From: an uncultured Bacteroidota bacterium | GTDB taxonomy: Bacteria; Bacteroidota; Bacteroidia; Bacteroidales; VadinHA17 | Assembly (NCBI GenBank): GCA_937864815.1 | Contig: CALMJY010000172.1 | Span: 7,322-71,321, forward strand | Direction: 5' to 3' | DNA length: 64,000 bases | In this document: in pieces, positions 10,263 through 18,883 of the stretch | Position numbering within the stretch: position 1 is the first letter of the stretch | Layout: the number at the start of each line of letters is the position of its first letter | The notes under the pieces: model-generated | The model's database searches: none | What the model was told of the DNA's origin: nothing | Seen by the model: only the letters and a program-made list of their open reading frames with translations | Translations under genes and position numbers: made by a program

Positions 10263-11318
10263 ATGCGAAAGTATTTTATATTGACCATAATTTCCATAGG
10301 CCTGTTTTCATGTGTAAATACCACAATTACAAAGGAAAAACCTGCAGCAAAACAACTGCCAGATTCAACAGATATGACAAACAATTTTTATGATAACACC
10401 GAGGTTATTCCTCTGGTAATGAGTGATCTCATTATTGAAGGTGAGATTGCTAATCCCGGTAAAGTTGATTTTTCAGTTCTTCCCCAGCACTCGGTAATAG
10501 TTAAGGAAACACTGCTTGACGAAGCCGGTGGTGACAGATTCGTGGGAGCATACAGGTATGACGGCTATTCATTGTTTGACATTCTGAATGAGCGGATCAT
10601 CAAAAAAGTCAACAGTGAGGAGTTCAATCCGATAATTGATCTCTATATTGAAGTTGAAAACAAAACAGGTGAAAAAGTTGTTTTCAGCTGGGGAGAGATC
10701 TATTATCCCAATAACCTTCATAAGATTATTATTGCCGGTAGTGTATCGCGGATAGTACCTTCCAGGACAAAGGAACTGTGGCCATTACCTGCGACATCTA
10801 AAATAGTAGCATCTAATGACCTCGTGACTGAAAGGAATATATCAGACCCTGTTATGATAACTGTAAAATCAATAAGGAAATCATTCAAGGTTTCAAGGGG
10901 AATGTCCCCAATGTACTCAAAGGAAATCAAACTGTTTGAGGGAGATAAGCAACTTGGTGTTATATCGCCTGTGAAAGATAAAGAGGATATAACATTCTAT
11001 ACAATTTTTTACGGAAGAGGCAAGGGCATTCACAGCACTTCTCCTTTTTATGGCATGTTACTGCGTAATCAGCTTGGCAATTATTACAAAACAGACAGAC
11101 AAAACCTTAAGTCTGGTATGATATGCATAACAGGACTCGATGGTTACAGGAGTGCAGTATCTTTCTCCGAACTGTTTAACAGAAATGATCAGCAGGAATT
11201 CCTCCTGGTTCGTACAGAACCTGATGAAGATGGAGGCTTGTTCCGTGTATTTGCCGCAGCAGATTTTTTCTCCGACAGGGCGATTAAGTCGGTCATTGAG
11301 ATTCATTTGATCAGGTGA
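10263..11318 (+). CDS. Hypothetical lipoprotein with two weakly similar halves
   Basis: 351 aa. Lipobox IGLFSC. No confident family assignment from reading alone. Confidence 0.55.
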   Translation: MRKYFILTIISIGLFSCVNTTITKEKPAAKQLPDSTDMTNNFYDNTEVIPLVMSDLIIEGEIANPGKVDFSVLPQHSVIVKETLLDEAGGDRFVGAYRYDGYSLFDILNERIIKKVNSEEFNPIIDLYIEVENKTGEKVVFSWGEIYYPNNLHKIIIAGSVSRIVPSRTKELWPLPATSKIVASNDLVTERNISDPVMITVKSIRKSFKVSRGMSPMYSKEIKLFEGDKQLGVISPVKDKEDITFYTIFYGRGKGIHSTSPFYGMLLRNQLGNYYKTDRQNLKSGMICITGLDGYRSAVSFSELFNRNDQQEFLLVRTEPDEDGGLFRVFAAADFFSDRAIKSVIEIHLIR

Positions 11319-11340
11319 GGCTACAGGCGACAGGCGACAG
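11319..11340 (+). repeat. Heptamer tandem repeat GGCKACA x3, starting immediately after the stop codon
   Basis: ggctaca ggcgaca ggcgaca g, directly following the TGA at 11316-11318. Confidence 0.8.
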
Positions 11341-11363
11341 ATATCAGGGTTATCTACCTGGTT

Positions 11364-11394
11364 CCCCTCCTTGGAGGGGTTAGGGGTGGGTTGG
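11364..11394 (+). repeat. Partial copy of the G/C-hairpin dispersed element (CCCCTCC-TT-GGAGGGG + TTAGGGGTGGGTTGG)
   Basis: The palindrome is at 11364-11379. The tail TTAGGGGTGG matches the tails of the copies at 54921-55003 and 59395-59485. Confidence 0.6.
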
Positions 11395-11435
11395 TAAAGG
11401 AGTGAGATATGAGATATAAGTGTCAAAAAACAGTG

Positions 11436-11475
11436 AAACTCCGTACAAACTCTGTGCAAATCCGTGGTTAAAAAT
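11436..11475 (+). repeat. Three tandem 11-mers (aaactccgtac / aaactctgtgc / aaatccgtggt) ending in GTGGTTAAAAA
   Basis: Read directly. Related ends occur at 1251-1277 and (reverse strand) 26516-26548. Confidence 0.7.
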
Positions 11476-11500
11476 ATATTACATAAAAAGAGATTACGAA

Positions 11501-11893
11501 ATGATAACATTAATACCTCTGAGCGGTAATTTTACAATTTCCCAGGTGGCTGATTACTCCAAAATCCCGCCTGAAATATTTAAATCTGGATTCTATTCTG
11601 TTACTAAAACCGGAGAGGAAATATCCATTATCTCTGATTGCACAACACGGTTTCCGGATATTAAATCCAGCGAAGGCTGGAAAGCTTTCAGAGTGGAAGG
11701 AATCCTCGATTTTTCACTTGTCGGAATTATTAATGCCATAACCGGTCCCCTGAAAGACAATAAAATAACTGTCAATGTTCTTTCTACATTTAATACAGAT
11801 TATATATTTGTGAAAAATGAATCATTCCGGACGGCTATAGAAGTATTCAGGTCATCCGGATCAATTAAAGTTAAGGAAGAAAGCAAAATATGA
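11501..11893 (+). CDS. ACT-domain (ACT_7-like) small protein
   Basis: The ORF track starts at a GTG at 11420. The ATG at 11501 (MITLIPLSGNFTISQ...) avoids the repeat region. EGILDFSLVGIINAITGPL is ACT-like. Confidence 0.55.
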   Translation: MITLIPLSGNFTISQVADYSKIPPEIFKSGFYSVTKTGEEISIISDCTTRFPDIKSSEGWKAFRVEGILDFSLVGIINAITGPLKDNKITVNVLSTFNTDYIFVKNESFRTAIEVFRSSGSIKVKEESKI

Positions 11894-12528
11894 AGAAGGT
11901 TCTGATACTCGTGATGCTGGCTTATTTATTCAATTATGCAACAGCACAGGATAAAATTGAAACTAAAGACAAAAAGCAGCTTGATGTCAGGATAGTCGAG
12001 AATACCGGCAAGGTGGTGAAATATAAAATGTCAGATTATCCTGATGGACCTGTACTATTCCTTAAGGCTAAAAGAATTTCGAAAATAGAATATAAGAATG
12101 GTGTGGTTGACCTGATGGGAAACCAGAATCCAAGAAAAGCCAGTCCGTTCGGCATAAGTATTGGTGGAGGTAAATGGGTTTCATCGGCAGGACTGATGTT
12201 TACGGCAACAATGGATTATTTCATTACGCCGCAGATTGATATGGAAATCAATATGGGCACTGATTCGCAGAAACCTTTTTATCTGGCTGCCGGTCCACGG
12301 ATACATATTAATTCTCGTAATTCCGAAAACAGGCTCACACCGTTTACCGGCGCTCTTTTCGGATATGAATATGGGAATGAGTTTGTCCAGATACCACTTG
12401 GGGTTAACTATATCTATAAGCTGAAAAAATGGAATTTCAACTTTTCCCTGAGTGTCAATGAGCTGATATTCTCCAATGAGTACCAGACTATAATAGAATT
12501 CAGAGGCGGGTTGAGGTTTAGACTTTGA
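11890..12528 (+). CDS. Hypothetical secreted / outer-membrane beta-barrel-like protein
   Basis: 212 aa with a signal peptide. ATGA overlap with the upstream gene. The C-terminal half alternates hydrophobic residues and ends in ...GGLRFRL. Confidence 0.5.
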   Translation: MKKVLILVMLAYLFNYATAQDKIETKDKKQLDVRIVENTGKVVKYKMSDYPDGPVLFLKAKRISKIEYKNGVVDLMGNQNPRKASPFGISIGGGKWVSSAGLMFTATMDYFITPQIDMEINMGTDSQKPFYLAAGPRIHINSRNSENRLTPFTGALFGYEYGNEFVQIPLGVNYIYKLKKWNFNFSLSVNELIFSNEYQTIIEFRGGLRFRL

Positions 12529-12584
12529 GCGGGTACTTATATTTAACCCGGTGATAGAGGAGAATGTAATTTTGAAGGAAATTG

Positions 12585-12592
12585 TATATTTG
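12585..12592 (+). promoter_or_regulatory. Bacteroidota -7 promoter box TATATTTG (TAnnTTTG)
   Basis: Matches the TAnnTTTG consensus, 17 nt upstream of the ATG at 12609. Confidence 0.4.
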
Positions 12593-12608
12593 TTTAAAAA
12601 AGAAGCAG

Positions 12609-12908
12609 ATGTATCTGGAAATTTATAAAGATGAGATTAAAACTCTTTGTCAGAAAAATAAGGTAAAAAATCTTTATGTTTTCGGTTCTGTTTTAACTGA
12701 CAGATTCACTGATAATAGTGATATTGATTTAATTGTAGATATTGATTCTGACGATCCACTCGATTATGCTGATAACTATTTCAATCTGAAATTTGCGCTT
12801 GAAGAGTTGTTAAAAAGGCAAATTGATCTGTTGGAGAATAAAACAATTAAGAATCCCTTTATCAGGGAGAGCATTGACAGATCCAAATCACTTCTTTATG
12901 CATCCTGA
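12609..12908 (+). CDS. Nucleotidyltransferase-domain protein, MntA-type antitoxin
   Basis: LYVFGSVLTDRFTDNSDIDLIVD is the GS-x10-DxD NTase motif. The ORF track starts at a TTG at 12582, inside the putative -7 box, so the ATG at 12609 is preferred. Confidence 0.75.
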   Translation: MYLEIYKDEIKTLCQKNKVKNLYVFGSVLTDRFTDNSDIDLIVDIDSDDPLDYADNYFNLKFALEELLKRQIDLLENKTIKNPFIRESIDRSKSLLYAS

Positions 12909-12942
12909 AATAAAAGCATGGTTAAAAGATATTGATCCTTGA
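12898..12942 (+). pseudogene. Truncated HepT/DUF86-like toxin remnant (14 codons)
   Basis: ATG overlaps the end of the NTase gene, the typical MntA-HepT geometry. It encodes MHPEIKAWLKDIDP then a stop. There is no continuation in any frame through 13255. Confidence 0.45.
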
Positions 12943-13288
12943 ACAAGAGGTACGAGAACTGCTGAAATAGTCCTTGTCTTTATTAACCATTTATTTTTTT
13001 GATCTTCTGATCAAAGATCCTGGTAAACTTTCGAAACCTGAGAATTAAGAAGTCAAAGCCATCCTGAAAGAGACCTTCGTTGATAAATAAAGGCTTTTAC
13101 AGAAAATAAGTTCCTTATATGCATATTTAGATTCAGGCTTAAAGGATGAACAAAAGACGGGTTATTGTGTTTGTAATTGCAGATACTATGTCAGCTTATC
13201 TGCAGTATCTTTACTGCAAAAATTCAGTGATTGCGGGCAAATAAAGCCGGATATTATGTATAGCTCTGATTTTATAAAAGTGAATATC

Positions 13289-13603
13289 ATGAAAAGAACG
13301 TTTGTTGTTATTGTAATGCTGATCCTTTTCCTGGGTGCATGCAAAAAAGAGGACGAGTTCAATAATTTTTTACGTATCAGAAACTCTCTTACAACAGTTT
13401 CATTTACATGTAAAGTGGGTAATGTGGATTTTGGCGAAATAAAACCCGGTGTTACCACCGATTATAAAGTTGTACCTCAAGGGACCAGTACCCTTAGCGG
13501 CGACCTTACAGGTACAATAACGTTGCCTGACAGCCTTACTGTAGACTACAGGTTTACTTTAAGCCTGAATGCAGATACTACTCTGACCTTAACAGAGGAC
13601 TAA
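13289..13603 (+). CDS. Small hypothetical lipoprotein
   Basis: MKRTFVVIVMLILFLGAC lipobox from the internal ATG at 13289. Confidence 0.5.
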   Translation: MKRTFVVIVMLILFLGACKKEDEFNNFLRIRNSLTTVSFTCKVGNVDFGEIKPGVTTDYKVVPQGTSTLSGDLTGTITLPDSLTVDYRFTLSLNADTTLTLTED

Positions 13604-13611
13604 TCTGTTTA

Positions 13612-15066
13612 TCAATTCTTAGTTCTTCCTGAAAGAGATTCTGTCCATTTCTCAATTGACTCCTTCATCGCCGAGATTATTCCGGTATATTTTAGATCAT
13701 CTGCAATGTTATGCAAATCGCAAATTGTTTCAGATCTGTTATAGAGTTCAGTTTTCAAGACCCCGTTTTTCAGGAATCCCACACATTTCAGGCTGTCTTT
13801 GATAAACATAACCTGGCCATTTTTACCATCGGCTGATCCAATGCTTGAAAATGTAAGATTCTCCCACTTTTCACCCCCTTCAAGCAGCATTCTTAATGAC
13901 CTTGAATCAGCTGAATATGAAACCTCCGGTATTGTGGCATAGTTAAGAAATGTGCTGTATAAGTCTATAAGGTTTACTACCTGCTGATTTCTTTTTCCTT
14001 GGTCATCTTTTCCGGGAGCCTTGATTATAAGCGGAACCTTTACACTGCTTTCGAGCATTGTGCCTTTGCCCAGTTGTGAGAAGTCGCCCATATGATCTCC
14101 GTGATCTGAAGTGAAAACTATCAATGTGTTCTCCCATAATCCTTTATCTTTCAAGGCTTGTAAAATCAGTCCGACCTGTTTGTCAATTGCACTTATATTC
14201 CCGCAGTAGGCAGCAATTATTTTCCTCCAGGTTTCTTCGGGCCATTCCGGTCTTATGCCGGGCTGAGATCCGGGCTGTATTTTGCCGAAAGTGGCTGGAA
14301 GGGTTATCTCTGCCGGATCATACATCTTATCCCAGGGATCGCAGGTGGAGTAGGGATGGTGCGGACCGAAAAACGAAACGTGAAGAAAAAACGGTTGTTT
14401 ATTTTCGTATTTCTCAATGAATGAAACAGCTTCATTACCCGTCCAGGTTGTTATCTGGTGCCTGTCGTCGGTCCAGCTCCAGCCCAGCCAGAACCTTGAG
14501 TCCTTTACACCGCACCGTTCACTTTCACAAGCAAGGGCCGCCAGCCGCTCCGGACTGATCCCCAGATCGTTCGCAGCCCATTTAAGATAATCATTCTCAA
14601 CTATCTCTTCCTTGTCATATAAATCATATGGTGAATCGCAGATTCTCCGGTATTGAAATCCATGATCAGCTGTGACAGGAGTAAGGTGGAGTTTTCCTAT
14701 CATGCCATTATAATAGCCGGCTTCTGACAGTTTCCTTGTCAGAAGTGTTGATTCGTCTTTAAGCTTAACCCAGTTGGTGGTTACTCCATTTCTGAGAGGA
14801 TATTGTCCGGTAAATACTGCAGCTCTTGAGGGTCCGCTTACCGGTGATGCACAATATGCTGATGTGAAAACTGACGAATGTTTTGCAAGTTCATCTATAT
14901 TGGGTGTCTTCACCAGCGGGTGACCCATAAATCCGAAATATCCGGCATTATGCTGGTCGGTCATTATAAGCAGGATATTAGGCTTTGCAGGCTCTTTTGC
15001 ATTTGCATTCATTGTAGTTGCTGCTACAGCAACACCTGAACAGGCAGTTAATAGTTTTAATTTCAT
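13612..15066 (-). CDS. Sulfatase (Ser-type formylglycine motif)
   Basis: 484 aa with a signal peptide. IMTDQH metal site. SGPSRAAVFTG motif. SDHGD block. Confidence 0.85.
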   Translation of the reverse strand: MKLKLLTACSGVAVAATTMNANAKEPAKPNILLIMTDQHNAGYFGFMGHPLVKTPNIDELAKHSSVFTSAYCASPVSGPSRAAVFTGQYPLRNGVTTNWVKLKDESTLLTRKLSEAGYYNGMIGKLHLTPVTADHGFQYRRICDSPYDLYDKEEIVENDYLKWAANDLGISPERLAALACESERCGVKDSRFWLGWSWTDDRHQITTWTGNEAVSFIEKYENKQPFFLHVSFFGPHHPYSTCDPWDKMYDPAEITLPATFGKIQPGSQPGIRPEWPEETWRKIIAAYCGNISAIDKQVGLILQALKDKGLWENTLIVFTSDHGDHMGDFSQLGKGTMLESSVKVPLIIKAPGKDDQGKRNQQVVNLIDLYSTFLNYATIPEVSYSADSRSLRMLLEGGEKWENLTFSSIGSADGKNGQVMFIKDSLKCVGFLKNGVLKTELYNRSETICDLHNIADDLKYTGIISAMKESIEKWTESLSGRTKN

Positions 15067-15077
15067 TTTACTGTTAA

Positions 15078-18000
15078 TTATTTCACAGAAGAATTATAAT
15101 GATTCATTGTTACCGGTCCGATTAATCCCGACCTGATACTCCCCCTGTACCTTGTTGGTATTGAGGTATAGTTATTAGCCAGTGTATTGTAAACCAGTAC
15201 CTCAATCCTGTTCTCACCCGCTTTAACATACCCTGTGATGTCAAACTTCCAGGGAGGGGAGACCCTTATGCCGGCACTTTTTCCATTTATAAAAAGTTCA
15301 GCTGAAGAGACGAGCTCTCCCAGGTCGATTTCAGTTTTACCTGATAATTCTTTCTCATCAATTGAAATGGTTTTGCTGTACAGGACACCTCCTGAATATG
15401 CTCTTAATCCGTCAATCTCAGACCAGTCACCAAGTGTGATTACACCCTCACCACATTCCTGCTCAATGTATTCCGGAATTGCAGCCGCACCTCTGTAACC
15501 CGGCTGATAATCAATTTTTAAGGTAACATCAGAGATTCCCGGATTAATATCTTTGACAGTAATTACATAATCAGTCAGACCATCTTTTCGTTTTTCCCCC
15601 TGATTTATTTTTTGTTCACTGCCATCGATCCACACTTTCAGATTGCCATAGGCTTTGAAGGCAAGTGATTTCAGACCAGGAGCCGACTTAAATCTATAAA
15701 TTCCAGTTGATAAGCCACTAAGATTGAAATCAAACGGAAGAATACCGGTGTCTCCATACCATCGCATAGCCACAGGTTTTCTTTCAGGTGTTTCGGCTTC
15801 AGGAATTCTGAACACAAGGTATGCAGTACATGCTTTATCATACAGCAATACAACTTGATTCGCTCCTTTATTGAGCGTTACCTTAATATTGGTTTTATCA
15901 GTTTGCTTCCCATTTATTAGAATTAAAGAAGGCTTTATGCTATCCGAAAGTATATCAAATTCACCATCATAAGGTGCAATGACAGAGGACTGCAGAACAT
16001 AGTAATTTCCTCCCTTCTCAGGCACCCTGAATCTTGACATTTTAACTTCTTCTATATCACCAAGTCGGATGAATTCATCATATAAACTTCCTTTTAATCC
16101 GTGCCAGCCCTGGTGCCCATAATCTCCCTCAACTCCATACCTCCATGAAAAAGAATACTCTTCCCATTTGTATTTTTTCCCGGAGATCAATAATTCACTG
16201 CCAGCCTGTGTCCCGGTAATTTTAAGGAGTTTATCCGCAGAAGGTTTTTCCTTAAGCGGTCCAAGCTTCATAAACTGCGAACCGAATGAACAGGTTACTT
16301 TTCTCCAGGTACTGTCAGCTCTGATCTCTTCACCCGAATAATTCTGCAACTCCTTAAACCAGATCTGTCTTACCTGTGCACCAAGCATCTCCTTCTTTGC
16401 AGGAAGCTGATAATCACCCCACTTGTTGTCGAGTGATGGTTTTAATTCAAATTCCCAGCTGCCGTCAATGCTTACTGTTTCAGTAACTTCTCTTTTTTCA
16501 AGTACATTATCACTCTTGTTTTTATTTCCGAATACAATTATCTGTATCTCCTTTTCAGTTAAAGGAAGTTCAACTTCGGTTCCTTTTTCAGTTTCCCTGC
16601 AAAATGAAGAGATGCCGGAGGTCTTTCCAGTCCATGGGTTCCATAGCTGAACATTACCCTTTGAACTGAAAAAGCACCTGCTTCCCTTGGGAAAGTTGTA
16701 CAGGGCATAAACATCTCTTTCTCCGATCACACGGTGCATCACATAAGGGTGATTATTCACGTCAGTCAGGAGACTGAAGTCTGCTTCGTATCTGCCTGAT
16801 ATTGAGCCGATTGTCTCTTCCGGATCAGTGATTAAAATAACATTCTTCTTTCCGGAAAAAACTGAGGATGACTGTTTTTTAATATCCTCATTGATTGCTC
16901 CATTTTGCTCGGTAATTTCCGGAATTGATCCTATGCATACCACCAAACCACCTGCATATATGAAATCCTTAATCTTCATAAGTGAAGAATGGCGGATGAT
17001 TTTCATTGAAGGAATAACAAGGACTTTGTATTGTTCTCCTGACACATGAAGCATTTTGTCTTTTATCTCGCATTTTGCAAGAGACTCATAATCAATATAA
17101 TCGAAATCAATTCCTTTGCTGTAAATATTCTCTCCTGCTCTGAATGCAGTCTTTACTGCCTTTTCTCCGTCAATTCCGGCAATTACAGGTTCAGTCGGAT
17201 AAAGAATCCCGACGTCACATCTGTGAACTCCCTGTGACAGTAGATAGGAGAGGCTTTCGGTACACTCCATCAGCGGACCAGCCTGTTGCCAGAACGGATT
17301 TCTGAAGTGGTTATCGGGAGGGGCCCATTCCCACCAGCCTCCCATTGTTGAATAGTAAAGACCATGGAATGACATCAGGTTATAGCCTGCCACATAGTTA
17401 GCTAAAATGGCATCTGTCAGCGCGGCTGATGATGTTCCCCAACCGCTACTGTGAAAGCCTTCGAGCCACACTCTGGGTCTTTCGTAAAGATGTGCTATTG
17501 AGGCCGCTACCTTGGCTTTCACAATATCTTTTGAGAGATAAGGTTGGTCCGATCCTGGACCCTGGTTCCATCTCTGCGTCCTGAAATAATCTCCGAATTC
17601 AGCAACATCCCTTCCACGTCCGCCATGATCGCATCCGAAGATCATGCCTCTGTCCTGGTGCCACTGGTACACAGGCTTGAAGAAGTTTTCCTCGCTGAGA
17701 CTTACAAGCACATCGTTGTAATCTATCCTGATCTTTGGTGCGTCAGGGCCTGTATTAGCGAATAAAGCATCAAGATTGGGAATTATGTCATATCCCTTTC
17801 TTTTTCTGAATTCATCTGCGAAATACCCGTTCCAGAGGTTTCCGCTAACCCTGAAATTAAGTTCATCGGAGAAAAAGAAGTTAAGGGCATCAGAGCCCTG
17901 CCCTTGAAGAGCCTCCTCAAACTTTCCGAAGAAGTACTTATTATAGGATTCACCGCTTTTGGGATGCAAAGGGTCGTATGACGGAACAAGCTTTTCAGAG

Positions 18001-18671
18001 TACACGATGATTACCATTCTGGCAGTATCTCCCAGATTGCTTATAAGTCTGCCATTACTGATTAAGGAAATAAGGTCCTGTCTGCTTTCCGGTATCAAAG
18101 TGCTGTCTTTTTGGAATTTATAAGCTGTTACAGAAAGAATATTTCCATCAGGTTTAATATCCACTTTTCCTTTCAGAACCATGGAGGCATGTTTAAGAAC
18201 TGACCCGTTCATGTCAGGATTGTTCTTAAGGGCCTCATCCATCGAAAATCCCTGTCCGATGCCTATTGTATAATCGCTCAGGCTGACAGTCATACCCCTC
18301 TTTCGGGCTTCAGCTGCGAACCATTTGAAAAGATCCCACCATGCATCACTGAAGAGTGCCGGTTTGCTTGGATTTGACCAGCCGTATGACAATCCTCCGT
18401 AGTCAAGGTGACTGTAATTGATCTGCAGACTGGATATTTTTTTACCGGTCAGCTGGTCAAGCTGCCAAAGCAATCTCTCCTTCGTAAGGGTATCTCCCTG
18501 CCACCAGTAGAAAGGAACCTCTCCATATCCTTTGGGCGGGTTTCTGAAACCGGGCAGAACATCCATTTCAGGACTCCTGTCGGGGTAACCAGCCGGTAAC
18601 TCCGGATTGACAGTACATCTCGTAAGGAGAATATGAAGGGTGAGGAACAGAATTATTCTGGCGATTTTCAT
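15078..18671 (-). CDS. Large secreted glycoside-hydrolase-like protein with C-terminal galactose-binding-like domain
   Basis: Start placed at the ATG at 18671 (MKIARIILFLTLHILLTRC signal). The C-terminal AELFINGKSAGIRVSPPWKFDITGYVKAGENRIEVLVYN resembles a GH2-type sugar-binding domain. The exact GH family is not assignable by eye. Confidence 0.7.
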   Translation of the reverse strand: MKIARIILFLTLHILLTRCTVNPELPAGYPDRSPEMDVLPGFRNPPKGYGEVPFYWWQGDTLTKERLLWQLDQLTGKKISSLQINYSHLDYGGLSYGWSNPSKPALFSDAWWDLFKWFAAEARKRGMTVSLSDYTIGIGQGFSMDEALKNNPDMNGSVLKHASMVLKGKVDIKPDGNILSVTAYKFQKDSTLIPESRQDLISLISNGRLISNLGDTARMVIIVYSEKLVPSYDPLHPKSGESYNKYFFGKFEEALQGQGSDALNFFFSDELNFRVSGNLWNGYFADEFRKRKGYDIIPNLDALFANTGPDAPKIRIDYNDVLVSLSEENFFKPVYQWHQDRGMIFGCDHGGRGRDVAEFGDYFRTQRWNQGPGSDQPYLSKDIVKAKVAASIAHLYERPRVWLEGFHSSGWGTSSAALTDAILANYVAGYNLMSFHGLYYSTMGGWWEWAPPDNHFRNPFWQQAGPLMECTESLSYLLSQGVHRCDVGILYPTEPVIAGIDGEKAVKTAFRAGENIYSKGIDFDYIDYESLAKCEIKDKMLHVSGEQYKVLVIPSMKIIRHSSLMKIKDFIYAGGLVVCIGSIPEITEQNGAINEDIKKQSSSVFSGKKNVILITDPEETIGSISGRYEADFSLLTDVNNHPYVMHRVIGERDVYALYNFPKGSRCFFSSKGNVQLWNPWTGKTSGISSFCRETEKGTEVELPLTEKEIQIIVFGNKNKSDNVLEKREVTETVSIDGSWEFELKPSLDNKWGDYQLPAKKEMLGAQVRQIWFKELQNYSGEEIRADSTWRKVTCSFGSQFMKLGPLKEKPSADKLLKITGTQAGSELLISGKKYKWEEYSFSWRYGVEGDYGHQGWHGLKGSLYDEFIRLGDIEEVKMSRFRVPEKGGNYYVLQSSVIAPYDGEFDILSDSIKPSLILINGKQTDKTNIKVTLNKGANQVVLLYDKACTAYLVFRIPEAETPERKPVAMRWYGDTGILPFDFNLSGLSTGIYRFKSAPGLKSLAFKAYGNLKVWIDGSEQKINQGEKRKDGLTDYVITVKDINPGISDVTLKIDYQPGYRGAAAIPEYIEQECGEGVITLGDWSEIDGLRAYSGGVLYSKTISIDEKELSGKTEIDLGELVSSAELFINGKSAGIRVSPPWKFDITGYVKAGENRIEVLVYNTLANNYTSIPTRYRGSIRSGLIGPVTMNHYNSSVK

Positions 18672-18685
18672 AAGTGGCGTTTTAC

Positions 18686-18693
18686 CAAAGATA
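18686..18693 (-). promoter_or_regulatory. Candidate -7 box TATCTTTG for the large GH-like gene
   Basis: The reverse complement of caaagata matches TAnnTTTG, 14 nt upstream of the ATG at 18671. Confidence 0.35.
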
Positions 18694-18750
18694 ATAATTA
18701 GAATCAGGTCAATGTATTTATTATATTTGTTCGGAACAGTTATTTGGAGT

Positions 18751-18873
18751 AATCGGTAATCAGCAACAATTTTAAATTGAAATAACTTTGAACCTGGAAC
18801 CTGGAACCTGGAACTGTCAACAAATACCCAGCACCTAGCACCTAGCATCCAGAACCCAGCAACCAGCAACAAA
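18751..18873. repeat. ~120 nt of period-7 sequence (AATCGGT/AATCAGC; GAACCTG x3; CACCTAG x2; CATCCAG; AACCCAG; CAACCAG ...)
   Basis: Read directly. The phase is kept over 12 consecutive heptamers from 18790 to 18873. Confidence 0.8.
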
Positions 18874-18883
18874 ATCCAACCCC

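Noticed and set aside
10157-10384. The N-terminal 76 codons of the 447-aa URO-D-family ORF.
   Set aside because: It overlaps the divergent lipoprotein gene (10263) and is hydrophobic, low-information sequence. The family-typical N-terminus begins at the ATG at 10156.
12943-13255. A hidden small gene or the rest of HepT in the 313-nt gap after the NTase gene.
   Set aside because: The frames I translated contain early stops and no HEPN-like motif. Only a short GATCTT...AAGATC hairpin was seen. This is insufficient to call any feature.
6171-15066. Ser-type (rather than Cys-type) formylglycine motifs in both sulfatases, with no anSME gene in the window.
   Set aside because: The observation is real (SSPTR and SGPSR). 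However, Ser-type sulfatases matured by a distant anaerobic maturase are common in anaerobic Bacteroidota, so this is not unusual.
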